This document shows, in pieces, positions 1 through 14,077 of a DNA stretch of 64,000 nt. The position numbers were made by a program, and so were the translations under genes. The notes under the pieces were generated by a model. It worked only from the letters and a program-made list of their open reading frames with translations, was not told the DNA's origin and made no database searches. Origin of the DNA: Phyllobates terribilis (Eukaryota); contig NW_027362765.1 of assembly GCF_046119375.1 (NCBI RefSeq), positions 180,544,001 to 180,608,000 of the forward strand, read 5' to 3'. The first letter of the stretch is position 1. Every line of letters begins with the position of its first letter.

Positions 1-1280
1 GAAAGCACAGTGAGCTGTCAGAGGTCAGTGATAGGAATACATAATGAGAGCACCAGATACAGCCCCTCCTAAAGCCCCGCCCCAGAGCACGAGCATATCA
101 TTATGGCAGACATGAAAATAAAGATTATAAAAGAATCACTGGACGAATTTCATCAACAAAGGTATCATTTTACTCAGTGTAACGGCGCCCACCTGACAGT
201 GTATGTAGTTTACTGAGCACAATCCTGCAGACAGGTGCGCTTTAAAGAGGATCAGTCGGCCCTGCAGGCACGCACTAGAAAAGAATTGTAATCTTTACAT
301 TTTTTGTAGAAGAAACTAAAAATAATTATATCTTTTTTTGGTGAGAAGGTGACCAAAGCATAATTTCTATGCTATTTTTTATATTGTTCATATCCATTTG
401 TGATAAACAACATACTATTAGGAAAGTTCAGACTTTTACAAAAACATTGTGATCATTTTGCTTGTTTTTTATTCTTCAGGAGGTTTTTAAATAATATGTC
501 CCGTCAGCCTCTATCACACCATAAATGCACAGCTTCACTGCTTAGATGATTTGACAGCAAAATCTAAGGTTTAACTGGCTAGAGCGGATTATGTCAATTA
601 CACACATGGATCAGCTGTATAAACTAGTTAGCACACTTCTAAGCCTGCTACATACACACCCCAAAAGATGGTTAAAAGGAATATACTTGTAATTAATTCA
701 AAAGACAAGTTCAGCAATATCTTTACATGGCCAGTCCATTCCTCAGTGATTGAGAAATCAGTGTTTGTATTAATATGCAAATGAGGCTGAAGAGCTATTG
801 TAGAGAACCCTCTGTCACTCAAGCTCTATTTCCCTGCCCAGAGCTGCCTCCTTGACTAACCACTCCTTTCCCTTGACACACAGTATAAAGGCTGTGAGTC
901 AAGCAGGAGGAGATGGCCCTGGTGGATAAATAGAGCTGCAGTGATCGAGGCTTCAGATCTTCAGTCTCATGTACATATCAAATCAAACGCTGATTTCTCA
1001 GTAATGGAGGAACGGACTGGTCATGTAGTTATTGCTGTACTAGTCTTTGAAAGAGCTACATGTACAAATAGTTTGGGTGGAGAAATTCTGCTGATAGATT
1101 CCCTTTAAGCAGAAATAAGCAGCAAGGACCTCAACCCTTCCAGCCTTGTGCCTAAGATGTATATACTCTACCACTGCATTTCTAATTTAAATCAAATCTC
1201 AAGCTCATATCTTTTGATAATATGCTCACAAAGAAAAGTTATACCAGGACTTGTCAGACATACAATGGCACACCGCTTAC

Positions 1281-1417
1281 ATCTGGGCCCAGCATGGCAG
1301 CTGGATCGGTGATTGTCAGCATCACTTCATTCACCAACTCCATGGGAATATCGCCCATCACACGGATTCTTTTAGCGTCCTCCAGAGTCAGACTGTCTGA
1401 AAGTTTCCTTTTTTCCC
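1281..1417 (-). CDS. kat2a: KAT2A exon 9 (137 bp); the gene continues left of the window
   Basis: GEKRKLSDSLTLEDAKRIRVMGDIPMELVNEVMLTITDPAAMLGPD; ttacag| and |gtaagc. Exons 1-9 total 1323 nt (441 codons), in frame. Confidence 0.96.
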
Positions 1418-1799
1418 CTGTAATAAATAATGACTGTCAGTTTGCATGAAAATAACTGACTTGTTGGGAAACAAATATTTATACTATCTATTATAACATC
1501 TATACAATGCCAAAAGTATTTAAATCTCCTAATCGATTACTACTTGCAAAGTGGTTTCACCCTTGCGTAGTGACAGCTGTAAGATAAGATACAGCTCGAT
1601 CAACTGGCCTCCACCATTAATAAGACCAGCTTTTCTGAGCCATTAGAGGGGTTTTCCCCAACTACAAAACAATTTTTAGTTGTATTGCACATATAAATAT
1701 ATGCAATTTACTAACATTTTTATTTCCAAATGGTGCTTTGACTGTAAAAAAATTAGCAGTGGTCCAGGCTTACAGTTTGGGAGAGGGTTTTCTGTTTAA

Positions 1800-2286
1800 G
1801 AGCCTGTCACGTCAGATAATGCTATTAACCTGCAAATATAGGGGTTTATCTGCATGTTAATAGCATTAGAAAAGTGCCCAGCTGCCATATTAAAAATGCG
1901 GCTCCTAGGAGAAAATGAACTGTATTCCTTCCAGGAGCTGCTGGCTTTCAGTCACACAGGCATCCTGGAGAAATTACATTATATTGTGAGGCCGGATGTA
2001 AGCACACCCTGGCACTTAGATTGATAGCCCACTCTGCAGTGCATCAGTGTAGAGCTGACTGCCAGTCAAAGTGCAAGGGTGTGCCTACAGCCACCACTCA
2101 GTGCTGTGAGCGGTGACTGCCAACATGCCTGCATGACTGAAAGCTTTTAGTAGCTTCCGGGAGGAATAAAGTAGTTTTTTTTTTCCTGGGAGCCGCACTT
2201 TGAGTACAGCGGCTAGGCACATTTCTAACCTCCATATTAACCCTATATCTGCAGGTTTATAGAATTATCTGATGTTACAGGTTCCC
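1800..2286. mobile_element. Kolobok/T2-type foldback MITE
   Basis: TTAA flanks, right end acaggttccc, long internal inverted arms. Confidence 0.7.
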
Positions 2287-2339
2287 TTAAACAGCTATGC
2301 ACTGTAAAAAGAGCGTGAGTGACATAGCTGGAATATTAC

Positions 2340-2450
2340 CTGGCATGGGCTCTGAGTTTCCAGCATCTCCATTGGATGTCAGAGAGGAGCTGTTGCTCAG
2401 GCTGCTGCTGAAAAGTGGAGTACTGGGAGCAGTGGTGGTATTCACAGCAG
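2340..2450 (-). CDS. kat2a: KAT2A exon 8 (111 bp, low-complexity linker)
   Basis: AAVNTTTAPSTPLFSSSLSNSSSLTSNGDAGNSEPMP resembles the KAT2A PSTPIFS...EPMPG linker; tcctag| and |gtaata; phases fit. Confidence 0.92.
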
Positions 2451-3404
2451 CTAGGAATACATGGCAACAAAAGTCAGCTGTGAGCGTCATACACAATGAT
2501 TGTACTGATAAGATTTCAAGGTTCTTACTTACCAATACTAGAGAGTAAATTGAAATTGAAAAACACATACACAAGTAAAGTAATTGCATACATTGTGATA
2601 TGATTAAACGTATACAGTGTCTATTGTGTAATGCATCCATCTGCAGAGAGAATTTTATATGCAGAGTCCAAGGTTAGCACTGATGCCTTGCATCACCAAC
2701 ACCCCAGGGTGTGAACAGAATGTTCTCATGGAGACTTGTGGGCTTCAGTGTCATTTCTGTACAAATATTAACATAGGTTGAAGTTTACCAGTTACTTTAA
2801 TGATCACATGATTAGTAGCTATGTTGGGGATAGAGCTAAAGGGGTTTTTTCAAGACGTATCTAATCAATATCAATTCGTTGAGTTCTGACACCTGGCATA
2901 CCCACTGATCAGCCATTGAAGTGAAAAGGATCCAAATTGCAGTAGCTGAGAACGGCCACTACACGGTGTATGGAGCTGCTTAGTTCCGGCTCTGTATGCT
3001 GCGTAGATCTGACACCAGGGGAGCTGCAAATGGCTGATCGGTGGGGAAGTGAGGGTTTGACAAGCCATTAATAACAAAGTCCTAGAAAACCACTAAGTGA
3101 ATACAGCTGTGTACAATAGAAATAAAAGTCAACAATATGTTGTAATATGGCTCCACATCAGGAAAACCCTGCTGACTCCCCTCTAAGAGACAAGCAATTT
3201 TGACTGTCGGACTCAGGCTATCCAGAAGCACAGTGATATATGGTTCCTATACGAGAGACGTTGCTCATGTTGTAACAACCACTTTAATGCAAAGTTGTGA
3301 TGTAATAGGTCTACATCTTCATATCATTGCTTTGATCAGTGTAATCTCGGACAGGTATCCTGCATAATAATCTCAATTGATTATCTAACTGGTTTAACAT
3401 TTAC

Positions 3405-3511
3405 CTGGTCGAGACACTAGCTGATGACCTTCAGTGTTAGAGACCGTAAAATCAGCTTCCCAGATTGGAGAATTTTCACCATATATCTCTTCTTCTAACA
3501 TAGAAAGAAAC
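3405..3511 (-). CDS. kat2a: KAT2A exon 7 (107 bp)
   Basis: FLSMLEEEIYGENSPIWEADFTVSNTEGHQLVSRP; ttgcag| and |gtaaat. Confidence 0.96.
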
Positions 3512-4021
3512 CTGCAAAGGAAGAGAATGCATGGAATGAATACTCGTGATTTTCTCACTGCTCTTCCATAGTGAAAGCCCATTTTGAATTCAGCTCTATG
3601 AGTGGAGTTTAGCGATTCATGATTTTGCCAGAGTCATTAATTGTAACTTCATTGTGCAAAATATCCACTCCAGTCCCCCAGTGTATTTAGGAGTATGCCA
3701 GTATTCTGGCGCAATTTTTGCACAATTTAACAAAATATTCTACTTTGTTCTAAAAATTCGCAAAAACAGTTCAAGACAGAAAAAAAAATGAACACTTTTT
3801 GAATTTGCGCCAAATTCATAAATCACGCACTCTTTTTTGAAGAATTTGGCACATACAAAAACGAAAACTAATAGAACACCAGGTGAAAAAGGAAAGGGAC
3901 TAAAAAAAAAAATAAAATATACTGCAGCAGTACAATGACATTTTACTGGAAATGGTCCAGGCCATGACCACAATTCATGCATATGCATGGAGCATTGAAA
4001 ATAAGTGTCATGTATACTGAC

Positions 4022-4213
4022 TTGGGAAAGTGCGTGAGAATTAGCGTCCTCTTCTCTGGAACCAATTTGTCCTTTTCCACCCTAAACTTTTCTAGCAGTT
4101 GTCTGCGTGTAACTGTGAAGATGGAGCGGAGCAAGCTTCTTCCGAACACGTGTGTAGTTTCGTATCTTGGCAAGCTATCACAGCTCTGCGGGACATGACA
4201 GTAACACAGCCAT
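4022..4213 (-). CDS. kat2a: KAT2A exon 6 (192 bp)
   Basis: WLCYCHVPQSCDSLPRYETTHVFGRSLLRSIFTVTRRQLLEKFRVEKDKLVPEKRTLILTHFPK; tttcag| and |gtcagt. Confidence 0.97.
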
Positions 4214-4514
4214 CTGAAAAGGGAAGAAATATATACTCATCTGTATGGGAGAAGAGCACCACAAATATCACACAGATATACAAGAAATCAATACTTGTCA
4301 TAACTGTGATGGTTTAGAACTGAATTACAAATCTCCTCAGTTATGTAACAGTACACTGCCTGTTTCCATATTATTGTAACACTAGCTAGTACACAAGGAC
4401 ATACGAAAAAGGTTTGCCTAAAGTAGAAAACCCCTTTACCATCATACCATGAAAGACAGAAGAGCTTTGGACAGTACACAGGTTAACTCAAAATATTAAA
4501 TAAATCCCACTTAC

Positions 4515-4696
4515 CTTGTGTAATTAACCTTATACGTGGCCACATCCTCGCTTTGTGACCTCTGCCGAAACTGCGAAGGAGTCTCCAGCTTCCAATAATT
4601 TAAACAAAGAAGAAACATTTTGGAGAGTTCATACATTGTCTGCCGCTCTTTTGGTTGTAGGTGGCTGAACTTGTACTGCACAAAATTTAACACCCC
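4515..4696 (-). CDS. kat2a: KAT2A exon 5 (182 bp)
   Basis: GVLNFVQYKFSHLQPKERQTMYELSKMFLLCLNYWKLETPSQFRQRSQSEDVATYKVNYTR; ccacag| and |gtaagt. Confidence 0.97.
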
Positions 4697-4991
4697 CTGT
4701 GGAAGAATAAAAATATAAATAAATAAATATACAATTAGGAGTTTTCCCACTTCAATGCCAAAAATCAGAAAATGCACTGAACGGAGGTTGTGCTGGGAAA
4801 AGTCTCGCAGCTGTCTATTTTTGCACTCTCCATGATAAAGATGGCGGCAGTCGCAGGATTATAGCATGTGACCACCTCACTGACAGCCCCAATACTGTGC
4901 AGGCACTGAAAATGTCCAGATTTGCAGAGAGAGATGTCACTGCCCATATCTGCATTCCATACCCGGGCAGCAGTGGGTACACTACACCTAA

Positions 4992-5862
4992 GGCCTGTTC
5001 CACACGTCCTAATATTTCTGGTACTAAAAAAAAAAAACAGTACCGGAGATATCCGTGCCCTTGTGTACCTGTGTGGCAACGGTGTGCCGCATCAGAATCA
5101 CACGTACCGGCGCCTGGGAATCAGCAGTACAGTTAGCGCTGTCCCAGGCGCCAGGTGCTGAAGGGATCGTTCATCATCGTCCCCTGCTGGCGCTGCAATC
5201 AGCGCCAGCAGGGGACAGTGTTGAGAGTAGTAGTCTGCTCCCAATGTCTCCAAAACCTGTAAAAATAAGAAAATAAAAAAAATCATTATACTCACCTGGC
5301 TTGAGGCGACCGCACACGCTGAGAAGAAAAGGAGAATGACACGCGAGCTCACTGAGTGACAGGACACTGCTCACTAAGCTTAGCGCAAGTCAGGGGCCCC
5401 CTCGCTGCAGCGCATCATTCTACTCTGTTCCTCAGAGTGTGCGGTCACCTCAAGCCAGGTGAGTATAAGGATTTTTTAATCTTATTCTTATTTTTACACT
5501 AGAAGACAGCGGGAGGCGAATACTACTCCCAACATTGTCCCTTGCTCACGCTGATCGCAGCGCAAGCAGGGTACAATGATGAGAGCTTCCTTCAGCGACC
5601 GGCACCTGGGAACAGCACAAACTGTACCGCTGATTCTCAGGCGCCGATACGTGTCAAACTGATGACACGGATGTCATCCGTGTGCTGGACGTTTTGCAGT
5701 CCCTGCAGCGTGCAAAAAACGTACATGTCAGCATGTTTTGCCCACGAATACACTGTCAGTGGAAACACACGTTCATTTGAATGGGTCTACGTGTGCAAGT
5801 ATCTCCTGTACGTGTGAAAACTGTCACCATACATACTGGAGACACTGACATGTGAAAGAGCC
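4992..5862. mobile_element. Harbinger-type foldback MITE in kat2a intron 4
   Basis: TAA flanks, imperfect TIRs ggcctgttccacacgtc / gacatgtgaaagagcc, internal inverted arms 5282-5330 vs 5428-5473. Confidence 0.7.
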
Positions 5863-8744
5863 TAAGTAGGCGTCATAGGTACAAACTAGGGGCTGCCGGC
5901 ATCTTTGTTGTGTGGATGCAGAGATTGTGCCATCTACTGTTAACCCAGTGCAAAGATGGGCAGCTGCAAAATCTATATTGGCACAGAATTGGTGCAATAT
6001 GCAGATATTTATGCAATTCTAACCAAAACCACAGTTTAGAGCATTTTTTTTATTTTTCAAGTTTTTGTCCCTAGGGTTAAGTGCACACTGTGCGTTTTTT
6101 TATGTGTTTTCGCGCTGTTTATTCCGCGCGGAAATGCATCAAAAATGCTATGTAATCCATCTGCCAGCTAATGCAATGACAATCCTGAAGTGCTGTGCAC
6201 ATGATGCGGAATTTTCTGCTCAGGATTGTCATTGCTTATAAATACGCAGCATGCCCATTCTACGTAGCCTTTCTGCAGCGTTTCCCGCCCATTGACCAAT
6301 TGAACCGCAGCAAACCTGGAGGTATAAATATATTTGTGGATTTGCTGAGGTTGTTTGCTGCATATTTGACTTGTCAATGGGTCAAATACGCTGCAAAAAA
6401 CGCACATGGAGTGGTACCCGAGTCGGCTGGGGAAGATTACTTCTCCAATCATCAGACCACCGCGCCCGCTGATAACAGCGAAAGCGGTGCGGCTGAGGGG
6501 AGCAGTAGTCTCCTTAGCCAAGCCAGTAAAGTAAAAAAAAAAATAAAAAAAAAACACAAAAAACACACACCGATGCTCAGCTGTCCGGTGTCCTCGCAAT
6601 GTCCCCCGGCGGCCTGATCCCTCGCTCGCTCCCGGCAGTGTACATCGCTGCGGTGCCGGCTGAGGTCACACAAGTTCACAGCTGGAGATCAGCTGATGAG
6701 CTTGGGACCTCACTGTACGGCACCGGTGCTGCGTGGGTACATTCGTGAGAATGTTCCCATGTACCACTGATGCTGAGGTCACCGGGGCTGATCAGCTGAT
6801 CTTCAGCTGATGAACCCAAGTGACCTAATTTCTGCAGCACAGCCATGTACACTGACAGGAGTGATTTTACACTCCTGTCAGTGTACAGTGTGGTGTTCTA
6901 CAGCAGTCACATCAGTGATTGATGTGGCTGCCTGTAGAAGTGACCCGGTTCGCCGAGAGCTAATCTGGATTACATTGTGACGGCGGACAGGCGAGGGGTA
7001 TGGCTGTTTTTATTACAGAATATCGAGGGCTCTGGGGACTGGCAGTATAACAACTAAATTATTAAAACAGTGTGTCATTTTATTTCAATAAAATGCTTTT
7101 TCAATAAAAGATACCGCCACAATAAAATGTTGAAAATTTTACTGCGGGGTTAGTAATGGTGACGTCTTATAGACGCCTCTCTATTACTAACCTGGGTTTC
7201 ATTTCAGCCGCCAATACAAGGCTGACATGAACCCCAAAACCCATTACCCCACTCGCCACCGCTACAGGGCAGTGGAAAGAGCGGAGGCTAAGCTCCAGAT
7301 TTGATTCAATTTATGGATGTGCCATTTCTGGTACTGCTGAGGGGTGATATTATTAGCCGCTGAGGGGGCCAGGATCCATGGCCCCTTCCCTGGCTATTAA
7401 TATCAGCCAGCAGCTGTCTGTTTAGCCTTTTCTGGTTAGATTTTATAGGGGGACCCTACGTCAATTTTTTTCTGGAGTCCCCCTGTAATCTAGCCAGTAA
7501 AGAGTAAGCAAACATCTGTGGGCTGATATTAATAGCCAGGGAACATTTTTGGCTCATGGCCCCCTCCCTGGCTACTAATATCAGCCCCCAGCGGTCAGCT
7601 TGCCCTCTGCTGGTGATGAAAATGACACGGGAGGCCACGCCAATTTTTTTTTTACATTTTCGGCTCTGTACCTATGATCCGGATGTAGCAGTGCTTTGGA
7701 CGCATATTTTGCTGCGTTCGAATTGAACGTAGGTAAATCCACATGTGTTCACTGAACCATGCGGATTTACCGCATTCTATACATTCTAGTGGTCAAATTT
7801 CTGTTGCGGAGACTAGCGACTCCACAAGAAAATTTGACATGCTGCGGTCCTGAAAGATGTGCGGCATGTCAGTGTTCCGCAGCCTCAGATGCACGCATAG
7901 TGTACATGAGATTTCTAGAAATACCATCCACTATGCTGTAACATCTGGACGCTGCGGGTTCAATGCTGTATATACATGCAGCGTCAAACCCACAGCAGTT
8001 CCTGATCATGGCCACGTACTCAAACTCACCTACAGCATTGTCAATTTCTGTAGCGGAGAAGTCATTATATGCGGTGGATTCACATGTACCGACAACAAAA
8101 GTGCGGCATTATAACACAGCGTTTTGAACACAGCAAAAATATGTTGCGTCCAAAGCGCTGCTTGTTGCTAATCGGGGGGGGGGGGGGGGGGACGTAGAGG
8201 CTAATTAAACAGCTGTGTGCTGTTATTATAGCCAGGGAACATGTTTGCCTAATGGCACCTACGTAGGCTAAAAATAGCAGCTCTCAGCTGCCCCAAAAAT
8301 GACTTGAATGGAAATGCTAATGAGATTGGGTGCATGGGTTTACCTGACACCTAGCCCTTTTGTGTGGTGATGACAAGGTGTCAATCAGACCCTTTCATTA
8401 CCAAATCTAATTAAACTAAAGAGTTAAATAAACACACAGACACAGAGCAAACACTTTATTTGAAATACAAGACATTCTTTAATCATTTAAATTAACCAAT
8501 ATACTCACCCCAGTTCTGATGGTAATCCAAGTGTTAAAGCAATGTCCCGCAATTCTTTTTTCAAATAACTTCATTTAGCTCCAAAAAGCATTCATTGATG
8601 TACACAAAAAAAAAAAAAAAAAAAAAATAATCGCATTTTTCTCCTGCAGCGTTTTTCCTGTCAAGAGATGCAGATACGCTGCAGAAATTTCTGCAATCAA
8701 ATTCTGAACGTGCGCACATAGCCCATAGTACACAACCCCATTTA

Positions 8745-9430
8745 AAGGGAACATCTTACCAGGTTTTCCTCATATAAAGTACGGCCACCACCATTAAGTC
8801 TTCTGTTACAGCATATAAGAATGCTGTAAAGAAGTCCCAAATCCCCTCTAAAGATCTAAAAAAATACCTTTTATTATACTTACAGACGGCGAGATCCGGT
8901 CCGATGGGAGTCTCTGGTCTTGATCTGGCACCTTTCTTCTTATAATCGCCGTCCTCCTTCCCTGCTTAATGTGGATGATACGTCCTACGTCATCCACATA
9001 GTGTCCCCCATTACACTCCTGCGCAGGCGCACTTCTGTCTGCCCAGCAGAGGGCAAAGGAAACACTATTTCGCATGCGCAGGGAAAAGCCAGAGCGTCGA
9101 TGACCGGTATAAGAAAGCCGGCATGCGCATTACAGTACTGTGCAGGGGCGCAATGGGGGACGCTGTGTGGATGACATAGGACGCATCATCCACATGAAGC
9201 AGGGAAGGACGACGGCGATTGTAGGAAAAGAGGAGGCGACTGATCAGCCAAGAGGCACTCATCAGACCACACCGCTTGCGAGTATAAAGGAAGGGGTTTT
9301 TTGGGTTCTGCAGCAGGGATTGGGGAGGAGGAGTTTTTTTTTTTTTTTTTTTTTTTTTTTACAGCATTCTAGTATGCTGTAAAAAAAGGCCTTAATTGAT
9401 GGTGGCCGTACTGGGGAAAACCTGTTGACC
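8745..9430. mobile_element. Kolobok/T2-type foldback MITE
   Basis: ttaaagggaac left end; gtacggccaccaccattaag / cttaattgatggtggccgtac and cgtcctacgtcatccaca / tgtggatgacataggacg inverted pairs. Confidence 0.7.
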
Positions 9431-9741
9431 GGCCCACACACAGCCCATTTTGTTAACTGCACATTTCATCACTGCTATATTAAAAAAGGAGAAATAAAAA
9501 AAGTGAAAATCCAAAATATAAAAGCTGCAGATGAGAAAAATAAAATCTCAGCCACTTGTCAGTTAGGCTATATTCTTGAGGTGTGGTTTTTATGTAAATT
9601 AAAAGCGGCTTTTTACAGTACCAGAAAAAGCTACGGGATTTCAGAAATCTGGGGATACATAGCTACATCAGTGCATTACATACAGTGATCTAATGTCACC
9701 TATAAAACTTTATATACACTTAAACTCCATGGTAAACTCAC

Positions 9742-9831
9742 TTGTTCAATATTCGGCTTTTCGAATGGTGGACTTCCTAGAGAACCTTCAACCACTGGTC
9801 GGTTCATCTGCAGGATGCATTTTCTAAGAAG
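9742..9831 (-). CDS. kat2a: KAT2A exon 4 (90 bp)
   Basis: Hand translation LLRKCILQMNRPVVEGSLGSPPFEKPNIEQ; cttcag| and |gtgagt. Too short for the ORF track. Confidence 0.96.
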
Positions 9832-9882
9832 CTGAAGGTAAAAAATTACAAATTATCATTAACAGTTTCATAAATTGGTTAA

Positions 9883-11084
9883 CCACTTTACAGCCTGTGC
9901 CATATTTGTACGCACAAGGCTGTAACCCCCAGAACTGAGCCCGCACTGAACCGGGCACATGTTAGCTGTAATAATCAGCTGACATGTGCCCGCAATAGCC
10001 GTGGGTGGAATCGCGATCCACCCGCGGCTGTTAACATGTTAAATGCCGCTGTCAATCTCTGACAGCGGCATTTAACAGCGCCACGCCGGAAGAGCGTCAC
10101 TTACCCCACCCATCGGTGACAACCCTGGGTCTGCAGCAGACTCCAGTGGTTTTCATGAGCTGATCGCTATGAGCGACACCTAGTGGTCGGCGCTCATAGC
10201 ACAGGACCATTTCTGCTACACAGAGGTGATCTGCTGATCACCTCTATGTAGCAGAGGCGTTCAGACAAGTGCGGCTTCTAGTCTCCTATGGAGACTACAG
10301 AAGCAAGCAAAAAGTGAAAAAAAAATGTTTTTAAAAATATAAAAAAAATTGTAAAAAATATATAAAAAGTTTAAAGCACCCCCCTTTCGCCCCATTAAAA
10401 ATAAAATAAAAATAAAACCCCACATACACATATTTGGTATCGACGCATTCAGAATCGCCCGATCTATCAATAAATCATAAAAAAAAGAATTAATCCGATC
10501 GGTAAAAGGTGTAAGGAGAAAAAAATTCTAAACGCCAGAATTACGTTTTTTGGTCGCTGCAACATTGCAATAAAATGCAATAACAGGCGATCAAACCATC
10601 GTATCTACCCCAAAATGGTATCAATAAAAACTTCAGCTCGGAGCGCAAAAAGTAAGCCCTCACCCAGCCCCAGATCCCGAAAAATGGCGACATTATTTTA
10701 TTTTTTTAAGCAAGCTTTGGAATTTTTTTTTTCACCACTTAAATGAAAAAGAACCTATACATGTTTGGTGTCTGAGAACTCGTAATGACCTAGAGAATAA
10801 TAATGGCAGGACAGTTTTAGCATTCAGTGAACGTGGTTAAAAAAAAAAAAAAAAAAAAAAAATCTGTGGTATTGCACTTTTTTTTGCAATTTCACAGCAC
10901 TTGGAATTTTTTCCCGTACACGATATGGTAAAACTAGTAATGGCGTTGAAAAGTACAACTCGTCCCGCAAAAAATAATCCTTCAAACGGCCATATTGACC
11001 AAAAAATAAAACGCTATGGTTCTGGGAACATGGGGAGCAAAAAACGAAAATGCAAAAACTGAAAATCCCAGGGTTGCGAAGGGG
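9883..11084. mobile_element. piggyBac-like non-autonomous element
   Basis: TTAA on both sides; ends ccactt / aagggg; no coding capacity. Confidence 0.55.
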
Positions 11085-11216
11085 TTAAAAAGCCTGTATC
11101 TATATAGTATTTGATAGTTTGCAAAAGTAATGAGAAAATAGAAATGTGAGCAATATAGATGTAAAAAAAAAAAAAAAAAAAAAGGGTTTGGAACCGTGTT
11201 AGCCAGTTGAAAAAAG

Positions 11217-12407
11217 ATTGCTCTCAGTGGGAAAAACAAGATAATCTTGTAGTTATGATACGTTTTAATGGCTAACAAAAATAAAAGAAATGGATGTTAC
11301 AAGGCAAGCTTTCGAGACAACTTAGGTCCCTTCCTCAGGCATGGTATAACAAGATATATGAAGAAACAAATATATGCACACACCAAAAAAAAAAAAAAAA
11401 AAAAAAGGAGAAGATGCATGGCATAATAAATTGACATTTAAATAAACAAACAAACTGAGCTTAGAAAATGAGTCCTTAATTGGATTAGATTAGTGGTGTG
11501 AAAGTTTTATGGTCCCAATATCCATGTAAGATCATGGCTATTGGGACTCCCACATAGAGACCCCTAATAGGACCCCTAATAGTGCACAGAATTAAGTACA
11601 CCACATTGGAAGAGGAACATGTGAATGTCCCAGGAATCTTATATTCCTGCTGTGTGTTGGGAATCTGTATCCTGTCTTTGGTCTCTACATGGTTGCAGGT
11701 TTTGCAGCTCTTCACATTGCAAGGAAAAGTTCCTCTTGGTGTACATGAGGGCATCGAACTTCGGATCACAATGTTTCTTAAATGTGGAAGTTGCCTGTAG
11801 CACAACAAGGGAGGGTCTTTGAATATTGTTTTTAGCCGGTCATCCTTGTGCAGGATGTGGTGAAGTTTTTTAGCAGTTTCTCAGTACCTCAAGCTGTGGG
11901 TTGTAGGTCACCGCCAGAGGTACACGATTATTTTCCGCTTTTTCTCCATACTGAAGTAATTGATTTCTAGGGATCCTTGTGGCTCTAATGATCTGGTCAT
12001 CAACGGAGGTGGGGTGGTAGCCTTGGTTTAAAAATGTCTTTTTAAGATGGGTTAGGTGTTCATCCCTGTCCGTTGGACTGGAACAGATACGATTATATCT
12101 AAGGGCCTGGCTGTAAATGATGGACTTTTTAATGTGTTTCAGGAGGAAGCTGTCCCATCTGAGTTATGTGGGACTGATGTCTGGATTGAACCATTTTGAA
12201 TATTTATGGTGGCATCCAGAAAGTTGATTTCCATTTTTGAGTGCTCCAATGTTAAGTTTATGGTGGGATGAAATCTATTGAATTGGTCATGGAATTTTAG
12301 AAGTTCTTGTTCAGACTCAGTCCAGATTATTAAAACGTCATCAATGTAACGAAAATAGGTGAGGGGTTTGATGGAGCATGATGCTAAAAAGTCATTTTCC
12401 AGTTTCG
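11217..12407 (-). mobile_element. Penelope-like element, inverted copy of the 3' portion (RT C-terminus, GIY-YIG, 3' UTR)
   Basis: KLENDFLASCSIKPLTYFRYIDDVLIIW (RT motif) and CKSCKTC...CSSSNVVYLILC...LYVG (GIY-YIG); reverse complement of ~20365-21741. Confidence 0.88.
11296..11350 (-). ncRNA. Second copy of the same hammerhead-like motif in the inverted PLE arm
   Basis: Reverse complement of 21613-21667 with an identical core. Confidence 0.65.
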
Positions 12408-12873
12408 GAAAGGAAACACCTAACATCAGTGTGAAGGAGAGAAGGGCTATTCACTGTCTGAAGAACAACAAGGAGATCACTATTAAGCCTGCAGATAAAG
12501 GTGGTGCCATAGTCCTTCTGAATACTACTGACTACATTAAAGAAGCACACAGACAGCTGACGGACATAAAATACTACACCAAACTGGATGATGATCCGAC
12601 TCCAAAATATATGAGGGAGTTGAAAAGAGTCAAAAGGTATGTGTACAGATTCCACATACCTTCTGGACTTCATATCTGAGAATCCCAGGATAGGTAAGTT
12701 CTACATGCTTCCCAAGATTCATAAGCCAGGTAAACCCAGGGAGGCCAATCATCTCAGGGGTGGAACACTCACCGAAAAAAATTCAGGGTGGGTAGAAAAG
12801 GTCCTTAAACCGCTGGTAAGAAAGACAGCCAGTTATTTACAGGACACCAACAACCTTTTAAGAAAGCTATCTA

Positions 12874-14077
12874 CAGTCATGGCCAAAAGTATTGAGAATG
12901 AGACAAATAGTAATTTTTCCAAAGTTTACTGCTTCATTTTTTGTAATGGCAATTTGCATATACTCCTGAATGTCAAAGAGTGATCAGCTTAACAGCAATT
13001 ACTGTACTTGCAAAGTCAATATTTGCCCAGAAAATGAACTTTAACCCCCAAAACACATTTCAACATCATTGCAGTCCTGCCTTAAAAGGAGCAGCTAACA
13101 TCGTTTTAGTGATTGATCCATTAACACAGGTGTGGGTGTTGATGAGGACAGGGCTGGCGATCAATCAATCATGATTAAGTAAGAATGACATCACTGGACA
13201 CTTTAAAAGGAGGCTGGTTCTTGGTATCATTGTTTCTCTTCAGTTAACCATGGTTATCTCTAAAGAAACATGTGCAGCCATCATTGCACTGCACAAAAAT
13301 GGCCTAACAGGGAAGAGTATCACAGCTACAAAGATTGCACCTCAGTCAACAATCTATCGCATCATCAAGAACTTCAAGGAGAGAGCTTCCATTGTTGTCA
13401 AAAAGGCTCCAGGGCGCCCAAGAAAGACCAGCAAGCGCCAGGACCGTATCTTAAAACTGTTTCAGCTGCGGGATCGGACTACCAGCAGTGCCGAGCTTGC
13501 TCAGGAATGGCAGCAGGCTGGTGTGAGTGCTTCTGCACGCACTGTGAGGCGGAGACTCTTTGAGCAAGGGCTGGTTTCAAGGAGGGCAGCAAAGAAGCCA
13601 CTTCTCTCCAGAAAAAACATCAGGGACCGACTGATATTCTGCAAAAGGTACAGGGAGTGGACTGCTGAGGACTGGGGCAAAGTCATTTTCTCTGATGAAT
13701 CCCCTTTTCGATTGTTTGGGACATCTGGATCTTAATCCCATTGAGAACTTGTGGTCAATCATCAAGAGACAGGTGGACAAACAAAAACCAACAAATTCTG
13801 GCAACATGCAAGCATTGATTATGCAAGAATGGACTGCTATCAGTCGGGATTTGGTCCAAAAGTGGATTGAGAGCATGCCAGGGAGAATTACAGAGGTCTT
13901 GAAGAAGAAGGGGCAACACTGCAAAATTTGACTTGCCTATTGGTACTCATAATATGATTGCAATTATATTTCTGTATGTGATATAAACATCAGACAAACA
14001 CTTATAAAAACCAGAGGCCAGCAGATCATGTGAAAATATAATTTTGGTGTCACTCTCAAAACTTTTGGCCATGACTG
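12874..14077 (+). mobile_element. Tc1/mariner element with an internally deleted transposase
   Basis: TIRs cagtcatggccaaaag / cttttggccatgactg, TA duplication (12872-73, 14078-79); ORF 13250-13735 has HTH and FSDES but jumps straight to LNPIENLW, so the middle of the DDE domain is missing. Confidence 0.93.

Noticed and set aside
1-1280. KAT2A exon 10 (TSLLSANAARDETARLEE...)
   Set aside because: Not found by reading the minus strand; this stretch holds MITE ends, so the exon presumably lies left of the window.
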